DNA of 51,270 nt, taken from NCBI GenBank assembly GCA_043820105.1, contig JBDREC010000064.1, positions 1 to 51,270 of the forward strand, read 5' to 3'. The position numbers and the translations under genes are program-made. The notes below the pieces were generated by a model. The model was given only the letters and a program-made list of their open reading frames with translations, had not been told where the DNA came from and made no database searches. This DNA is from Pseudomonadota bacterium (GTDB lineage: Bacteria; Bdellovibrionota_F; JAHFAK01; JBDREC01). Shown here piece after piece: positions 1-9,553 of this stretch. Each line of letters starts with the position of its first letter. Positions within the stretch are counted from its first letter, which is position 1.

Positions 1-41
1 TATTCTTGTAAATTGAATAAAATATTTATAAACTTTATGCT

Positions 42-1514
42 ATGAGCCAAAAGAAGCAATATACCTCATTTAAACCAAGTAATGTTATTAATAGGAAGAA
101 GAAACATAGATTTAAGCTTAGATTTAAACTAAATTGGAATGTTTTTTATAAAATTTATAAACCAACATTATTTATTTCCTTAATACTGGCACTTTCAGGC
201 TTTTTTTATATTAATTTTTCCATGGAATCTTTTTATAAGCTTATTTATCAGGGATACGATGAAAAAATTCTTATGGAAAATTTAGGAGCCCAAACTTGTG
301 AATTTGCTTTATCTAAGCTGATTATTGATAATGGTCAATCCCATAAAAAACTATATGTATCTCAAAAGGATTTAGATCTTAAAAATTTTACAAGTGAATT
401 TATTTATATCCTGCAAAAGAATGATAGTTTATATGGTGTATTATCTTCATTTAATCAGAACCCAGAAAAAATCGCTACAATTTTAAAATCAACTCGGAAA
501 TTATATGATTTGAAGAAAATAATACCAGGGCATCAATTATATCTAGGCTTTGCCTTAGATAAAAAATTAACATATCTCAAATATGAAATCGATTTTGATA
601 AATATCTTGTGGTAAATATTTCAGATAGTATGATTGATTCGACATTAAAAACTCTTGAATATAAAGAGGATTATGAGGTTTTTGAATCCACAATCATGGA
701 TAACCTTTATAGTACTGCCAGCAACATTAACATGGATTATTCCTTAGTAGGGCAATTGGCTGATATTTTTGCCTATGATATTTCCTTTAACAAGGAACTT
801 AGAAAAGGGGATTCATTTAGGCTATTAGTACAGAAAAGAGTATATGAAAATGGTGCTGAAAAATATGGAAGAATATTAGCAGCTCAATTTATGAATCAGC
901 AAAAGCTTTATGAAGCGTATTATTACGATAACAAGTCATTTGCAGGTGGATATTATAACGAAAATGGACAGTCATTGAGGAAAATGTTTATCAGGTCACC
1001 TGTTCCTTTTTCAAGAGTTTCATCTAGATTTTCAAAGGCTCGTTTTCATCCAGTTTTAAAGGTTTGGAAACCACATTATGGCGTTGATTTTGCTGCTGCT
1101 ACTGGAACTCCTGTAAAAGCTGTTGGCTCAGGAACAGTTGTATATGCAGATTGGAAGGGTGCTAATGGCAAGATGGTTAAAATCCGTCATAATAGCACAT
1201 ATTCTTCAGCTTATTGCCATTTAAGCAGATATGGTAAAGGTATTAGAAGTGGAGTTAAAGTAAAACAGGGACAAATTATTGGATATGTTGGCTCAACAGG
1301 AAGATCAACAGGGCCTCACTGCCATTTAGCTTTCTATAAAAATGGGAAATATGTTGATTTTTTAACCATGAGGTTTCACTCAGCTGAACCCATTTCAAAA
1401 AACTATATAAGTGACTTCAGAAAATCAAAATCTAATTATCTAAAACTTCTTGATTCTCACAAACCTTTGAAGCTTGCGAAAAGTTCTGAAGAATTATCAT
1501 CTATTGCAAATTAA
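42..1514 (+). CDS. M23 family peptidoglycan DD-endopeptidase (MepM/Csd3-like) with N-terminal membrane anchor
   Basis: N-terminal hydrophobic segment. C-terminal M23 motifs HYGVD (HxxxD), AYCHL and GRSTGPHCH (HxH). Confidence 0.9.
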   Translation: MSQKKQYTSFKPSNVINRKKKHRFKLRFKLNWNVFYKIYKPTLFISLILALSGFFYINFSMESFYKLIYQGYDEKILMENLGAQTCEFALSKLIIDNGQSHKKLYVSQKDLDLKNFTSEFIYILQKNDSLYGVLSSFNQNPEKIATILKSTRKLYDLKKIIPGHQLYLGFALDKKLTYLKYEIDFDKYLVVNISDSMIDSTLKTLEYKEDYEVFESTIMDNLYSTASNINMDYSLVGQLADIFAYDISFNKELRKGDSFRLLVQKRVYENGAEKYGRILAAQFMNQQKLYEAYYYDNKSFAGGYYNENGQSLRKMFIRSPVPFSRVSSRFSKARFHPVLKVWKPHYGVDFAAATGTPVKAVGSGTVVYADWKGANGKMVKIRHNSTYSSAYCHLSRYGKGIRSGVKVKQGQIIGYVGSTGRSTGPHCHLAFYKNGKYVDFLTMRFHSAEPISKNYISDFRKSKSNYLKLLDSHKPLKLAKSSEELSSIAN

Positions 1515-1541
1515 CTAAAATTATATTAAAATGGATTATAG

Positions 1542-1660
1542 AAAAAAATAAAGGGCAAATAATTGTTGATGAGTCTTTGTCCATTTCTTCAAGTTCTTAA
1601 AAAACCCATCAAAAATATTTGCCCTACAACTTTTAGAGGTATTTTCCGACTTATTGTAAT
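1542..1660 (-). ncRNA. Candidate sigma-54-dependent small RNA (long hairpin followed by U-tract)
   Basis: Lies just downstream of the -24/-12 motif at 1671-1686. Inverted-repeat arms at 1552-1578 and 1600-1625 pair with G-U wobbles only in minus-strand RNA, and are followed by UUAUUUUUUU. Confidence 0.5.
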
Positions 1661-1670
1661 TTATAATTAA

Positions 1671-1686
1671 TGCAATTTGTATGCCA
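1671..1686 (-). promoter_or_regulatory. Sigma-54 (-24/-12) promoter
   Basis: Minus strand reads TGGCATACAAATTGCA (GG-N10-GC); intergenic. Confidence 0.7.
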
Positions 1687-1829
1687 AAATGCAATGGGTA
1701 GTAATAACATGAACTTATGTATGGTTTTGGCTTTGAACATTATTGGAAATCACAGAAATCTATAAATGATGTATCAGAAATCTGAGACTTTAATCGAATT
1801 TTAACATTAACTTTAAATATTTTTATAAA

Positions 1830-2768
1830 TTAAAGAAATAAATTGATTTTTTCTTCTAGTAATTCTTGTTCATCATATGGATCAAACCAGATAATATCTT
1901 TTTCTTTTTTAAACCAAGTCATTTGCCTTTTTGCAAAATGCCTTGTATCACGTCTCGTTAATTCAATAGCTTTTTCTAGACTAAGCTCATCTTCAAGATA
2001 TTTCATTATCCATTTGTAGCCCAATGTATTGAGAGATCTAATTTTACCAGAATATCCCAATTCAAGAGTAGAGCTTACTTCTTCTACCATTCCATCTTCA
2101 ATCATTTGGCTCACTCTTTGATTAATTCTTCTATAAAGTAAATTTCTTGGTAAACAAAGGCCAATTTTAAGAAAATTATATCGAGCTTCTGCAAATTTAT
2201 GATCTTCGTGAAAGTAAGATAAAGGTTTTTTTGTTAAATAAAAGATTTCAATAATTCTGGAAAGCCTATAAAAATCATTTTCTTCAATCTTGGAAGCCAG
2301 CTTATTATCAATTCTTTTTGCCCATTTTTTAAAAAATGAATTAGGAAACCTTACTCGCATTTTATTAAGCTTTTGCCTAAATGGTTTTAACTTATCTTCA
2401 TCAAAATCAATTTTACATAAACCAAAGAGCAGGGCTTTAATATAAAAGGCTGTTCCACCAACGATAAAAGGCCTTTTGCCTTTTGATATTATTTCAGTAA
2501 TAGCTTTATCTGCATAATCCGCAAAATTTTGAGCTGTAAATACTTCATCAGGATTGAGAATATTAATCAGATGATGCTTAATTGCCTGAAGCTCTTCTTC
2601 ACTTGGCTTAGCTGTTCCTATGTTAAGATGTCTATAGACCTGCATAGAATCAGCGTTTATTATTTCCCCATTATATTTTTGAGCCAGCTTTAAAGCAAGA
2701 TCAGTCTTGCCAGATGCAGTAGGCCCTAAAATTATAACAATCTTTTCTTTTATTTCTGATTTCTTCAT
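1830..2768 (-). CDS. miaA: tRNA dimethylallyltransferase
   Basis: GPTASGKT P-loop, ADSMQVY, IGTAKP, VGGTAFY and TRHFAKRQMTWF motifs. Confidence 0.97.
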   Translation of the reverse strand: MKKSEIKEKIVIILGPTASGKTDLALKLAQKYNGEIINADSMQVYRHLNIGTAKPSEEELQAIKHHLINILNPDEVFTAQNFADYADKAITEIISKGKRPFIVGGTAFYIKALLFGLCKIDFDEDKLKPFRQKLNKMRVRFPNSFFKKWAKRIDNKLASKIEENDFYRLSRIIEIFYLTKKPLSYFHEDHKFAEARYNFLKIGLCLPRNLLYRRINQRVSQMIEDGMVEEVSSTLELGYSGKIRSLNTLGYKWIMKYLEDELSLEKAIELTRRDTRHFAKRQMTWFKKEKDIIWFDPYDEQELLEEKINLFL

Positions 2769-2841
2769 TCTTTAACTCTTAACTCTTAATCTTAATATTT
2801 AATCTTCAATCTTTAATTTTGAATTTTGAATTTTGAATTTT
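2769..2841. repeat. Short tandem heptamer array (AACTCTT / AATTTTG units)
   Basis: Intergenic run of ~7-nt units ending in repeated AATTTTG. Confidence 0.75.
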
Positions 2842-2844
2842 ATT

Positions 2845-4773
2845 CTACTCATGCTTCTTCCCAAACAAAAACAAAAACCCAGTCAAAATCCCAAATCCCA
2901 TTAAATACAATAATATTGAAGGAACATGATAATACGAAAGTAAATATCCTGGAAAAATTGCAACTACCATACAAATAGTTGCATAAGGAATTTGCGTTCT
3001 TACATGGTCAACATGATCAGAAGAACTCGAAATTGATGAAAGTATCGTTGTGTCTGATATGGGGCTGCAATGATCGCCAAATATTGAGCCATCAAGAACT
3101 GCTGCCATTGAAATAAATATAAGATCCATTCCTCCCATGCTATAAGCTAGTGGAACAGAAATTGGGATCATTAGAGCCATGGTGTTCCATGAGGAGCCAG
3201 TACTTAAAGCAATAAAAGCTGAAGATAAAAATATGATTATAGTTATTAAAACAGCTGGAATTTTACCTATAAAGATAGAAACAAGATATTCAGCTGTTCC
3301 AATCGATTCACAGAGTGCAGCTAAGGTCCAGGCTAAAATTAATATTACAAAAGCCAAATACATGGCTTTAAGGCCAATTCCAATAGTAATAAAAGTGTCT
3401 TTAAAGCCGACAATTTTTTGGATAAGGGTCAAGGCTATCGATAAAAATAAACCAAATACAGAAGAAATAGCTAATATTTGAACAGAGTTTTCAGATGCCA
3501 TAAATGAGTTGGAAATTGCGCTAAATGAAAAACCTGATTCTTTTATTAAATTAATAATATTTCCATCTAGCATGATTCCAATTGCAGTTGAAAAAATTAT
3601 TGTTAGTATTGGTACAAGGGCATTATAAGCCCTTTGTGGTTTTTCAAGATCTGCTTTAATGTTTGTAAATTCTTTTGATGTTAGGAGTTTCGCGCCATCT
3701 TTATAAAGCTTTCCAGTTTCCATTGCTCTTTGTTCTGCTTTAAGCATTGGGCCAAAATCTCTGCTTGTAATGGAAGTTAAAAAGACAAAAAAGATAGTAA
3801 ATATACAATAAAACCTAAAGGGAAGTGCTTGAAAAAAAGCCTGATATCCGCCGATATTTTCAATTCCCATCTTTACTAAAATATCTTGAAAGAGCCCAAT
3901 TTCAAAACCAATCCAAGTGCTAATTATTGCTAAGCCTGCAACTGGAGCTGAGGTTGAATCAACTAAATAGGCTAACTTTTCTCTGGAAATTTTCATTTTA
4001 TCAGAAATCGGTCTTATTGTTGTTCCAATAATCATAGTATTAGAATAATCATCAAAAAAGATTAATAGGCCCATTAAAGAAGTTGCAATTCTTGTTGATC
4101 TAGCTTTTTTCATATATTTAGAAATAATGTTTAATATTCCTTGAATTCCCCCGTTTTTGGTAACAATGGCAACGGTTGCAATTAAGGAAACTGTAAAAAT
4201 TAAAATGGAAAATTTAAATTCTTCAAAAATTGCTGAGGCAAAATATGCTGAAAAGACTTTGTGAATTGGGATATCTCTTATAATAATAAATTCAATTAAA
4301 GCTCCACCAAATATTCCAAGCAATAATGATGGAAGCAAGAATCTTGTTACAATTGAAAATAAAACTACAAAAATTGGGGGTAAAATAGACCACCAAGAGG
4401 GTATATGTTTTTCAAGTTGGGTTTTTTCATTGTTTGAAATATAAGTAATTTGAGAATAATTGTCTTTTGTTTGTATGATTATTTCAATGTCATAAGAGGA
4501 AGAAACATATTGGATTTCTCTACTTGATTCACTTTCAAGAAACTCTTTTATTTTTTCAGTTCTATTGGGATTATCAGAATCGATTTTTATTTTTATAATT
4601 TTATTATTGATATCTTGAGAATCGATTTTTTCTATTAGAGATGACACAAGGGATTTATCGCATTTAAATAAAAGAAATTCTTTATTTGGTTTTAAAACAA
4701 TGCTTAGAAGCACTAAGATGCTAATAACAATGATGACCGCGAGGATGGAATAAAACTTTGAATTCAGTTTCAA
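2845..4773 (-). CDS. Na+/H+ antiporter NhaC family transporter with N-terminal extracytoplasmic extension
   Basis: FFDDYSN, LAYLVDSTSAP, STGSSWNT and GSIFGDHCSPISDTTILSS motifs; many TM segments; TTG start. Confidence 0.9.
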   Translation of the reverse strand: MKLNSKFYSILAVIIVISILVLLSIVLKPNKEFLLFKCDKSLVSSLIEKIDSQDINNKIIKIKIDSDNPNRTEKIKEFLESESSREIQYVSSSYDIEIIIQTKDNYSQITYISNNEKTQLEKHIPSWWSILPPIFVVLFSIVTRFLLPSLLLGIFGGALIEFIIIRDIPIHKVFSAYFASAIFEEFKFSILIFTVSLIATVAIVTKNGGIQGILNIISKYMKKARSTRIATSLMGLLIFFDDYSNTMIIGTTIRPISDKMKISREKLAYLVDSTSAPVAGLAIISTWIGFEIGLFQDILVKMGIENIGGYQAFFQALPFRFYCIFTIFFVFLTSITSRDFGPMLKAEQRAMETGKLYKDGAKLLTSKEFTNIKADLEKPQRAYNALVPILTIIFSTAIGIMLDGNIINLIKESGFSFSAISNSFMASENSVQILAISSVFGLFLSIALTLIQKIVGFKDTFITIGIGLKAMYLAFVILILAWTLAALCESIGTAEYLVSIFIGKIPAVLITIIIFLSSAFIALSTGSSWNTMALMIPISVPLAYSMGGMDLIFISMAAVLDGSIFGDHCSPISDTTILSSISSSSDHVDHVRTQIPYATICMVVAIFPGYLLSYYHVPSILLYLMGFGILTGFLFLFGKKHE

Positions 4774-4776
4774 AAA

Positions 4777-5451
4777 TTAAAACCTTCCTGTTACTCCTAC
4801 AAAACCAGTTTCTTTGCCTGCCATTGCCAATACAGGGCGGATTGATAAAAGTGATGATTGCATATCATCATATCTAAATTTTCTTCTTAAATCTTCATTA
4901 TATTTATTAACTGTGTAAACAGAAGTAATTGATCCAAATACTCTTGAGCCAACAATCAGACCCATTCCTGTTAATAAAAGGGTTGCTTCAGTTGTATCAA
5001 GTGCATCGCTTTTTATTTCACTTCTTTCCATAAAGCCATCATTATCATCATCTGTTATAAACCAACCAGCAATAAATAAGCCCCATCCAACTGATTCAAA
5101 GAAAAGGTGAATAAAACCATCTCTTTTATTAGCTGCATAGAAATTGCCAATTCCAAATCCAGCTGCTGCTGAAAAACCAAGAGCAGCCCATGGTGATCTT
5201 TCATTAACATATACATATCTTGGCATGGTACTAGCTACTTGAGTTGTTTCTTCAATTGTATCAATACACTCTTCTTCATCTTCACCATTATTCGGACATG
5301 GTTCTTCATAAGCCTTAGCAGGTTCCGTTGAAACTTTTACTTCATCATTAGGGATTTTTAGTTCTTCATCTTGAGCAAATATTAGATTTGAAGATAAAAA
5401 AACTGTTAAAATTACAAAAATAGCAATAACAAATATCTTTTCAACTTTCAT
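4777..5451 (-). CDS. Exported/membrane protein, possibly P13/TM2-like
   Basis: Signal peptide; SPWAALGFSAAAGFGIGNFYA segment; C-terminal alternating pattern ending in Phe. The family link is recall only. Confidence 0.55.
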   Translation of the reverse strand: MKVEKIFVIAIFVILTVFLSSNLIFAQDEELKIPNDEVKVSTEPAKAYEEPCPNNGEDEEECIDTIEETTQVASTMPRYVYVNERSPWAALGFSAAAGFGIGNFYAANKRDGFIHLFFESVGWGLFIAGWFITDDDNDGFMERSEIKSDALDTTEATLLLTGMGLIVGSRVFGSITSVYTVNKYNEDLRRKFRYDDMQSSLLSIRPVLAMAGKETGFVGVTGRF

Positions 5452-5519
5452 GGGTTATGACCTCTTTTACATTTATTATAACGCATAGCATATTAGCACA
5501 ATTAATTTGTTAAAGCAAG

Positions 5520-6221
5520 CTAAAATTGCTCTAAATATATTTTATTCAATAAAATTCCAACACTTACAGAGACATTTAGAGATTCAACCTTTGCTTCCAT
5601 GGGAATTGAAATTAAAAAGTCACAATTTTTTTCAATTAATGATGAAATACCCAAACCTTCTGATCCAGCCACTAAACAGGTTTTTTTATCAAACTTGCTT
5701 TTAGTACTTAATTTTTCGCCTTTCATTGCTAAGCCATAGGTCCAGAAGTTTTCTTTTTTAAGTAATTCAAGACAATTTGATAAATTGGCTACTTGAACAA
5801 TGGGAAGCAGCAAGGCCATTCCTGAAGAAGCTTTTACAACTGTTGAGTTAACTAAACTTGTTCTTTTATTTGGAATAACTATACAATCAACTGCAAAAGC
5901 TTTAGCTGATCTAATTATAGCACCAAAATTTTGAGGATCTTGGATGTGGTCAAGGACTAATATTGTTGAAGATTTTTTCTGATTTGAAATTAGTTTTTTT
6001 AAAAAGTTCAAATCCTTATATTCAAAAACAACTTCAGCTGCAATAAATTGATGTGTTTGCTCTTTAAAGTGCTTTTGAAAATATGCTGGATCTACTATTT
6101 GAATTTTTGATCTTTTATAGTTGATTTTATTAAGAGTTTTTTCAGTACAAAAAATGGCTTTTATTTTTTCAGGAACAAAAGAAATTGCATCATTAACAGG
6201 ATTTAAACCGTATATTAGCAA
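5520..6221 (-). CDS. rlmB: 23S rRNA (guanosine-2'-O)-methyltransferase, TrmH/SpoU family
   Basis: IYGLNPV, LDHIQDPQNFGAIIRSA, GSEGLGIS and ESLNVSVS SPOUT motifs. Confidence 0.92.
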   Translation of the reverse strand: MLIYGLNPVNDAISFVPEKIKAIFCTEKTLNKINYKRSKIQIVDPAYFQKHFKEQTHQFIAAEVVFEYKDLNFLKKLISNQKKSSTILVLDHIQDPQNFGAIIRSAKAFAVDCIVIPNKRTSLVNSTVVKASSGMALLLPIVQVANLSNCLELLKKENFWTYGLAMKGEKLSTKSKFDKKTCLVAGSEGLGISSLIEKNCDFLISIPMEAKVESLNVSVSVGILLNKIYLEQF

Positions 6222-6273
6222 AGCGTTTTTTCTCCAATTAGCGTAGTTTTATTGACAATTAAACGGGTTTAAA

Positions 6274-6350
6274 AATAATCAATAATCAATAATCAATAAT
6301 CAATAATCAATTCTCAACACTGAATACCAAATACTGAATACTGAATACCA
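6274..6350. repeat. Eleven in-register heptamers: (AATAATC)x5, AATTCTC, AACACTG, AATACCA, AATACTG x2, AATACCA
   Basis: Read directly; unbroken 7-nt register. Confidence 0.9.
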
Positions 6351-6351
6351 A

Positions 6352-7050
6352 TTATTGATCAGAGCTCGTAACATAAGGCTGTAAATTCTCGCTATTTTTC
6401 AATAAGGCTGCATATTTTTCAGCTTCTTCTCTTGTGACAAATTGACCAACCCGAACCCTATACCAAAGGCCACTTTCATCGATATATTTTTTCATTATAT
6501 AAGCAGTATAACCTTTTTCTTTTAATTTTGATACAGCTTTATCTGCCTGGTTTTTATCTTTAAACGAATTAACCTGAATAGTAAAACCTTTGCCCGAGAA
6601 TTTGCTTGTATCTTCTTTTATAGCTTGTTGCTCTGAATTGTCTAAGTCTGGCTTGCTTTGTGTATCTTTTTCTATTGCAAGAGGTTCTTCTTTTTCTGAA
6701 TTATTAATTCTATGCTCAAGACTTTTTTCTCGATCTTCATTTTTTACTTTTTTTAACTTTTCATAAAAAGTATAGTCAACTTCATTTCTTTCTTTTAATT
6801 CTTGTATTAGTTCTTTAGGAGAAATTACCTCAAGGTCTTTAGTTTCAACCGTTTTAACTTCTTTTATTTCTTCTTTTTGTGAAGTTACGTATGGAGTATT
6901 TCTAGTTTCCTCCACTGAAAACAGTTCAAACCCGACTAGAAAAGCTAAAACAGCTGCTAAGACTCCAATTGCGCTTATTAAAATCGCAAAAAGAGCTACT
7001 TGTTTTATGTTAAAAGAAAAACCAGAATTTAATTTTATGTTTTTAGACAA
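6352..7050 (-). CDS. SPOR-domain cell-division protein (FtsN/DedD-like)
   Basis: Single TM, YTFYEKL linker motif, C-terminal SPOR domain (FTIQVNSF...WYRVRVGQF). Confidence 0.88.
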   Translation of the reverse strand: MSKNIKLNSGFSFNIKQVALFAILISAIGVLAAVLAFLVGFELFSVEETRNTPYVTSQKEEIKEVKTVETKDLEVISPKELIQELKERNEVDYTFYEKLKKVKNEDREKSLEHRINNSEKEEPLAIEKDTQSKPDLDNSEQQAIKEDTSKFSGKGFTIQVNSFKDKNQADKAVSKLKEKGYTAYIMKKYIDESGLWYRVRVGQFVTREEAEKYAALLKNSENLQPYVTSSDQ

Positions 7051-7095
7051 CTTTTTACCTTCTACAAATCTTGGTCTTTAAAATTGAATTTATTA

Positions 7096-7124
7096 TTTAT
7101 ATATAAATCAACTTTTATTGTCAA
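7096..7124 (-). promoter_or_regulatory. Sigma-70-type promoter for the SPOR gene
   Basis: Minus strand TTGACA-N17-TATAAA. Confidence 0.55.
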
Positions 7125-7142
7125 TTTATGAAAATAGCCTTT

Positions 7143-8057
7143 TTAAATAAATTTTGCTAATCCTTCTTTAATATTTATTTCACATGTTCTTTCAAGAGGA
7201 ATTATTCTATTTGAATCATAATGTCCACTTGGAAAGGAATAAATTATTGGAAATGGTATCTTATTATTTTGCCACAATCTTTTTAGACATTTTTCAATAT
7301 TTTTTTTGTATTTTAACTCCCTTGATTTCTTGCACATTTGACCAAAAATCAAAGCCTTGATTCCATTAAATTTTTTTGCATAATAAAGGTGCGAAAGCAT
7401 TCTGTCAATTTTATACATTTTTTCATTAACATCTTCTATAAAAAGAATTTTATTTTTAGCATTAAATTCATAAACTGTACCAATTGAAGTTATTAATAGG
7501 CTCAAATTTCCACCTGTTACTTTAGCTTTAATTATCTTTTTATCTTTATATTTGCCTTTTGGAAAGGTAATGGAATAGGGCGTATCAGTTTTAATAAAAA
7601 GATCATTTATATCTTTTATATATTGTTTTTCTAATTTTTGATTCTGAAAAGCTGCAATTATTGATGGGCCGTGAAAACATGCTAAGTTGCAAGCTTTTTC
7701 CAGGTAAAGGTGAAGCACTGTAATATCAGAAAATCCAAGAAATATTTTTGGGTTTTCTTTAATTAGTTTTGTATTTAAAAATGGTATTATGTGTTGGCTT
7801 CCAAATCCTCCTCTAATGCAAAAAACAGCTTTAACTTTAGGATCTGCAAACATTTTATTTAGATCATTTGCCCGTTTTTTAGGGTTTCCAGCGAATCCTT
7901 CATCATTAAGATAAATTGACTTAGTGTGTTTAATTTTAAAACCAAGGTCAATTAATTTTCTTTTGGCTTGTTCAAAGGCTTTAACATCAAATTTTGAGGC
8001 TGTTGCTACAAGACCAATGGTATCACCCAGGGATAGTTTCATAAAGGAATTTTTCAT
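7143..8057 (-). CDS. LD-carboxypeptidase (peptidase S66)
   Basis: CIRGGFGS, GFSDIT, HGP, GGNLS, IEDVNE and SGH motifs. Start moved from 8069 to the ATG at 8057, which has a GGAG RBS. Confidence 0.92.
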   Translation of the reverse strand: MKNSFMKLSLGDTIGLVATASKFDVKAFEQAKRKLIDLGFKIKHTKSIYLNDEGFAGNPKKRANDLNKMFADPKVKAVFCIRGGFGSQHIIPFLNTKLIKENPKIFLGFSDITVLHLYLEKACNLACFHGPSIIAAFQNQKLEKQYIKDINDLFIKTDTPYSITFPKGKYKDKKIIKAKVTGGNLSLLITSIGTVYEFNAKNKILFIEDVNEKMYKIDRMLSHLYYAKKFNGIKALIFGQMCKKSRELKYKKNIEKCLKRLWQNNKIPFPIIYSFPSGHYDSNRIIPLERTCEINIKEGLAKFI

Positions 8058-8058
8058 A

Positions 8059-9312
8059 TTATTCTCCACATCCTGAAGTTTCAGCGCTTTCTTCAGTATC
8101 GTAATAATCAGGAAAATTTTGATTTTTAGCGATATTAGCCATTGAATAAAATAAAAATTCTAATTCATTATAAGTGTCATTGATCTCTGAGATTGATAAT
8201 TCAAAGCCAGATAAATCACCAGCTAAAGGTCTTGTTTCAATGGTTATACTGGGAACAGAGTAAGTAAAATATGCATAATCTATAAGGCTACCAGCCAGTT
8301 GCCCATTTGTTGTTGGGTATATAGAAGAGGGTTGAATATTTTGATATATTGTATCATAAACATATCCAATGTTTTCAGTTATACTGTCAGTTAAATTAAT
8401 ATAAGCTTTGCTGTCTTGGGGTAAAGCATCAGAATAAGCCCAGGGATAGAAAACGTATTGACCATATGAGTGAATATCAACAGATGCTTGAATATCTATT
8501 TCTGCCATAAAATCAGATAAAGCTTTGGTTTCATTTTCTGAAAGAGCAGAAGAGCCCTTGTAGGTGTCACTATCAGCATCAGTATACGTATTTAAATCCC
8601 ATTTATACGAATAATTTCTATTTAAATCTGTACCATAGGAACCATCGGCATTTGGGCTTCTATTTTTTCTCCAAAAGCGATCTGTGCTAATTGAATATTC
8701 AAAGCCATCAGGATTTATTAAAGGTATAATCCAGAAATCAATAGTTTCCACAAGGTTTAAGACATCAGTGCGTTCCATATTTTCAATAATATTTTCAATA
8801 AATAAATAGGCAACTTCCAGGCTTGTCCACTCTCTGGCATGGGATAGGGCTGTTACTAAGAAGGCTGGTTTTGTTGCGCCTGTATCTTTGCCAATTTTTA
8901 AGGCGTAAATGTTTCGCCCTTCGTAACTTTGCCCAATTATGTTTAAGCTTACATTATCTTCTAAAGCAAATGATTCAAGTTCAGTCAATAGACTACTGTA
9001 TGTGTGATAATCCTCGATTAATGATTTATATCTTGATAAGTAATCTCTTGTATCTTGCAGAATGTAAGAATATTTAATTTGAGCATCATCAAGATAGTTA
9101 ATTTCTTTGGACTTAACGATTATTGTTGCATAATCTTTAGTGATATTGTATATATCCGGAGAAAATTGCTTTGAGATTTTATATAGATCATCAATATCTA
9201 ATTTAATAATGCTTTTTTTAGGTAAAGAAGATCTAGATGATGTCATGGAAATAGAGAAAAAAGCGCATGACATAAAAATCAGAAGCACCATATATCTAAA
9301 GTATTTTATCAT
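8059..9312 (-). CDS. Exported M14 zinc carboxypeptidase (carboxypeptidase T-like)
   Basis: Signal peptide; HAREW, NPDG, WRKNR, GTDLNRN, DIHSY and TIE motifs. Confidence 0.92.
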   Translation of the reverse strand: MIKYFRYMVLLIFMSCAFFSISMTSSRSSLPKKSIIKLDIDDLYKISKQFSPDIYNITKDYATIIVKSKEINYLDDAQIKYSYILQDTRDYLSRYKSLIEDYHTYSSLLTELESFALEDNVSLNIIGQSYEGRNIYALKIGKDTGATKPAFLVTALSHAREWTSLEVAYLFIENIIENMERTDVLNLVETIDFWIIPLINPDGFEYSISTDRFWRKNRSPNADGSYGTDLNRNYSYKWDLNTYTDADSDTYKGSSALSENETKALSDFMAEIDIQASVDIHSYGQYVFYPWAYSDALPQDSKAYINLTDSITENIGYVYDTIYQNIQPSSIYPTTNGQLAGSLIDYAYFTYSVPSITIETRPLAGDLSGFELSISEINDTYNELEFLFYSMANIAKNQNFPDYYDTEESAETSGCGE

Positions 9313-9553
9313 TGGCTAAAAAATTCTAAAAAAATTAAATTAAAGTATTACTTTAACAAATATTCTTTAACACTGTTAATAATATGTTAATTACTTGTAA
9401 CTATATGAAAATAAAAATTGAAATTCAAGTATTAATTACTTTATTCTTTACAATACATTATTATTATGTAAATATACGTATTGTAGTGGCCATATGTATA
9501 TGGCAACATATGGCTTGTCATTAAGATGAACATACGAAAGGACTTTCCACGTT

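Noticed and set aside
6252-6280. Plus-strand TTGACA promoter antisense to the SPOR gene
   Set aside because: The -10 candidate comes only from the AATAATC repeat; likely chance.
6274-6350. CRISPR array, here and at the other repeat sites
   Set aside because: Units are 6-8 nt with no unique spacers, and there are no cas genes.
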